Positions 41,195 to 42,688 of a stretch of DNA of 42,688 bases are shown one piece after another (within the stretch, counting starts at the first letter, position 1; every line of letters starts with the position of its first letter). Made by a program: the position numbers and the translations under genes. This DNA is from a virus. A model generated the notes under the pieces. The model was given only the letters and a program-made list of their open reading frames with translations. It was not told the DNA's origin and made no database searches. The DNA lies in IMG/VR virus record IMGVR_UViG_3300032180_000016, positions 1-42,688 of that record; one strand, written 5' to 3'.

Positions 41195-42688
41195 TTATCC
41201 GGTTCCAGACAAGCCAGTAGATGTTAAGCCCGCTGAACCAGTAGCGGACACTCCTGAAGCGCGTCTGCTCAAGGAGATCCGCGAAGATTATCGGCACTTC
41301 AAAGACTATTGGCGCGAAAACCGCGAAGAGATGGAAGCGGACATGCGCTTTGCCGGCGGAGATGCGTTCTCTTCCGACGAACGTGCCTTCCGTGAATCAC
41401 TGAGCCGTCCCTGCGAGACTCCCGACGAGCTGAGCCAGTACGTCAAGCAGACTAACAACAATCTTCGCCAGAACAAACGGGATTGCAAGATTTCCCCGGC
41501 GAGCGAGGATGCCAACGGAGACGATGCAGAGAAGCGGGAAGCGGTACTTCGAGGCTTAAACCATCGTGGCAACTTCCAAGCGTGTTTCCAGACAGCCTAT
41601 GAGCAATGCACCTGGAGCGGGTTCGGATTTCTCGGAATCTCGATCCGCAAGACGATGGAGGGCCATCTTGAGCCCCGGCCCCGGCGCTTAGCTAACCAGT
41701 TCACGGTCCTGCTCGATCCCTACGCCAAGGAAGCAGATTACTCCGACCAGAAAAAGTGTTTCGTTCTGGATGTCATGCGGAAGGCTGACTTTGGGCACGA
41801 ATATCCGAATGCTCAAAAGAAAAGCTTTGACGCTGACGACGCGAAAATTGCTTCCGACTGGATTCTGGGCGATGAAATCATTGTGGCCGAGGCTTGGCGG
41901 GTAGAGGACGGCAAGGTATTCCAGTACATCACCAACGGCTTGGAAATTATCGAGAAAATCCCCTGGGTTGGAAGCTGGATTCCGATTATCCCGATTCTGG
42001 GCGAAGAGATATACGTCACTGAAGGCGGGCGGACCAAGCGCAAGTATCTCTCGCTGATTCGCCGGGCTCGCACTCCGCAGAAGATGCTGGCATTCATTGC
42101 TTCACAGGAGCTTGAAGAGTTCGGCATGGCTCCGCGCGCGCCATTCATTGGCTACAAAGGGCAGTTTACAAGTCCTGACTGGCCGACCATCAATACAAAT
42201 CCGAAGCCGTTCATTGAAGTTGAGGCCTTGCCCGATCCGCTGGACGCGCAGAAGGTTCTGCCGCTTCCGTCGCGTCCGCAATACGTTCCCAATGCTCAAG
42301 CTTACGAAGTGGCCCGCGAAGCATGGCGCAGAGGCGTACAGGCAGCAATGGGAATTACGCCTCTACCGAGCGCAGCGCAGCGCCAGAACGAAAAAAGCGG
42401 CATTGCCTTAGAAAAGATTCAGAACCAGGAAGCGGTCGGGAGCTACCACTTTACCGATAACGCTGACCGGGCGCTGGTGAATTATGGCCGCCAGATGAAC
42501 GAACTGATTGACAAGGGCATGAGCCACGGCCGGCATGTGGGAGTCAGGAAGCAGGACGACACGCAAGGGCTCCTGTATCTCGCCAAGGATGGTGAAAAGA
42601 CTCCACCGGAGATGGCCCCAGAAGATGTTTTGGTAGTTGGACGAGGTTCCTACGATTTGGCGATTACCACCGGGCCCAGCAAAGAGAG
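41187..42688 (+). CDS. Portal protein, N-terminal part (runs off the window end and continues at 1..677; 683 aa in total)
   Basis: Open frame from ATG 41187 to the last base; it is missing from the ORF track because it has no stop in the window. Size, position after terL, and the C-terminal coiled-coil barrel fit a P22-type portal. Confidence 0.85.
   Translation, partial: MPDYPVPDKPVDVKPAEPVADTPEARLLKEIREDYRHFKDYWRENREEMEADMRFAGGDAFSSDERAFRESLSRPCETPDELSQYVKQTNNNLRQNKRDCKISPASEDANGDDAEKREAVLRGLNHRGNFQACFQTAYEQCTWSGFGFLGISIRKTMEGHLEPRPRRLANQFTVLLDPYAKEADYSDQKKCFVLDVMRKADFGHEYPNAQKKSFDADDAKIASDWILGDEIIVAEAWRVEDGKVFQYITNGLEIIEKIPWVGSWIPIIPILGEEIYVTEGGRTKRKYLSLIRRARTPQKMLAFIASQELEEFGMAPRAPFIGYKGQFTSPDWPTINTNPKPFIEVEALPDPLDAQKVLPLPSRPQYVPNAQAYEVAREAWRRGVQAAMGITPLPSAAQRQNEKSGIALEKIQNQEAVGSYHFTDNADRALVNYGRQMNELIDKGMSHGRHVGVRKQDDTQGLLYLAKDGEKTPPEMAPEDVLVVGRGSYDLAITTGPSKE
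42562..42688. repeat. Terminal direct repeat, copy 2 (identical to 1..127)
   Basis: Same 127 nt as the window start. It lies inside the portal reading frame. Confidence 0.97.

Larger units (their letters stand above)
1..42688. mobile_element. Complete temperate tailed-phage genome with a P22-like morphogenesis gene order, circularly closed (unique length 42,561 bp)
   Basis: 127-bp terminal identity. Full set of terminase, portal, scaffold, coat, tail, lysis, integrase and attP functions. No host genes at either end. Confidence 0.85.

Overview
The window is a complete, circularly closed genome of a temperate tailed phage. Bases 1-127 are repeated exactly at 42562-42688, so the unique length is 42,561 bp. 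No flanking host DNA is present. Almost all genes are on the + strand in tightly packed operons, many joined by 4-nt ATGA/GTGA overlaps. (1) The early block (22199-34105) holds a winged-helix protein, a Sak4-like AAA ATPase, a PD-(D/E)XK nuclease, two HNH nucleases, RusA, a DUF551 protein, a DNA methyltransferase and many tiny Cys-rich ORFs. (2) The late block begins after a 183-nt non-coding gap at 34289 and wraps through the window junction to 16943. It holds a lysis cassette with an SLT endolysin, a small-terminase candidate, the large terminase and a P22-type portal that crosses the junction. These are followed by scaffold, major capsid, adaptor/hub, a fibre with a CBM-like domain, low-complexity ejection proteins and a 687-aa tailspike. 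(3) The only minus-strand block (16888-20429) sits between the tailspike and integrase genes, the classical lysogenic-conversion position. It carries a Wzy/O-antigen-ligase-like membrane protein, several mini membrane or secreted proteins and three small proteins, two of them zinc-ribbon. (4) A tyrosine integrase, a 57-aa ribbon-helix-helix (RHH) protein and an attP core follow; the core is the 3' 45 nt of a tRNA-Met(CAU)-like gene. I saw no rRNA, complete tRNA, CRISPR array, reverse transcriptase or transposase. The envelope-related genes (Wzy-like protein, lipobox lipoprotein, Sec and Tat signals) imply a diderm host. The most unusual observations are: the conversion island with mini-peptides around the Wzy-like gene; a Cys-rich/GNAT/2OG-oxygenase trio coupled inside the tail-ejection operon; Sec-signal proteins inside the head gene block; a Tat-signal protein and its neighbour sharing a C-terminal heptapeptide written in different codons; an HNH gene that carries a copy of the rusA N-terminus; a repeated gene-junction motif; and the lack of a recognisable CI/Cro pair. 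All functional calls rest on motif recognition by eye and on synteny. No database search was run.
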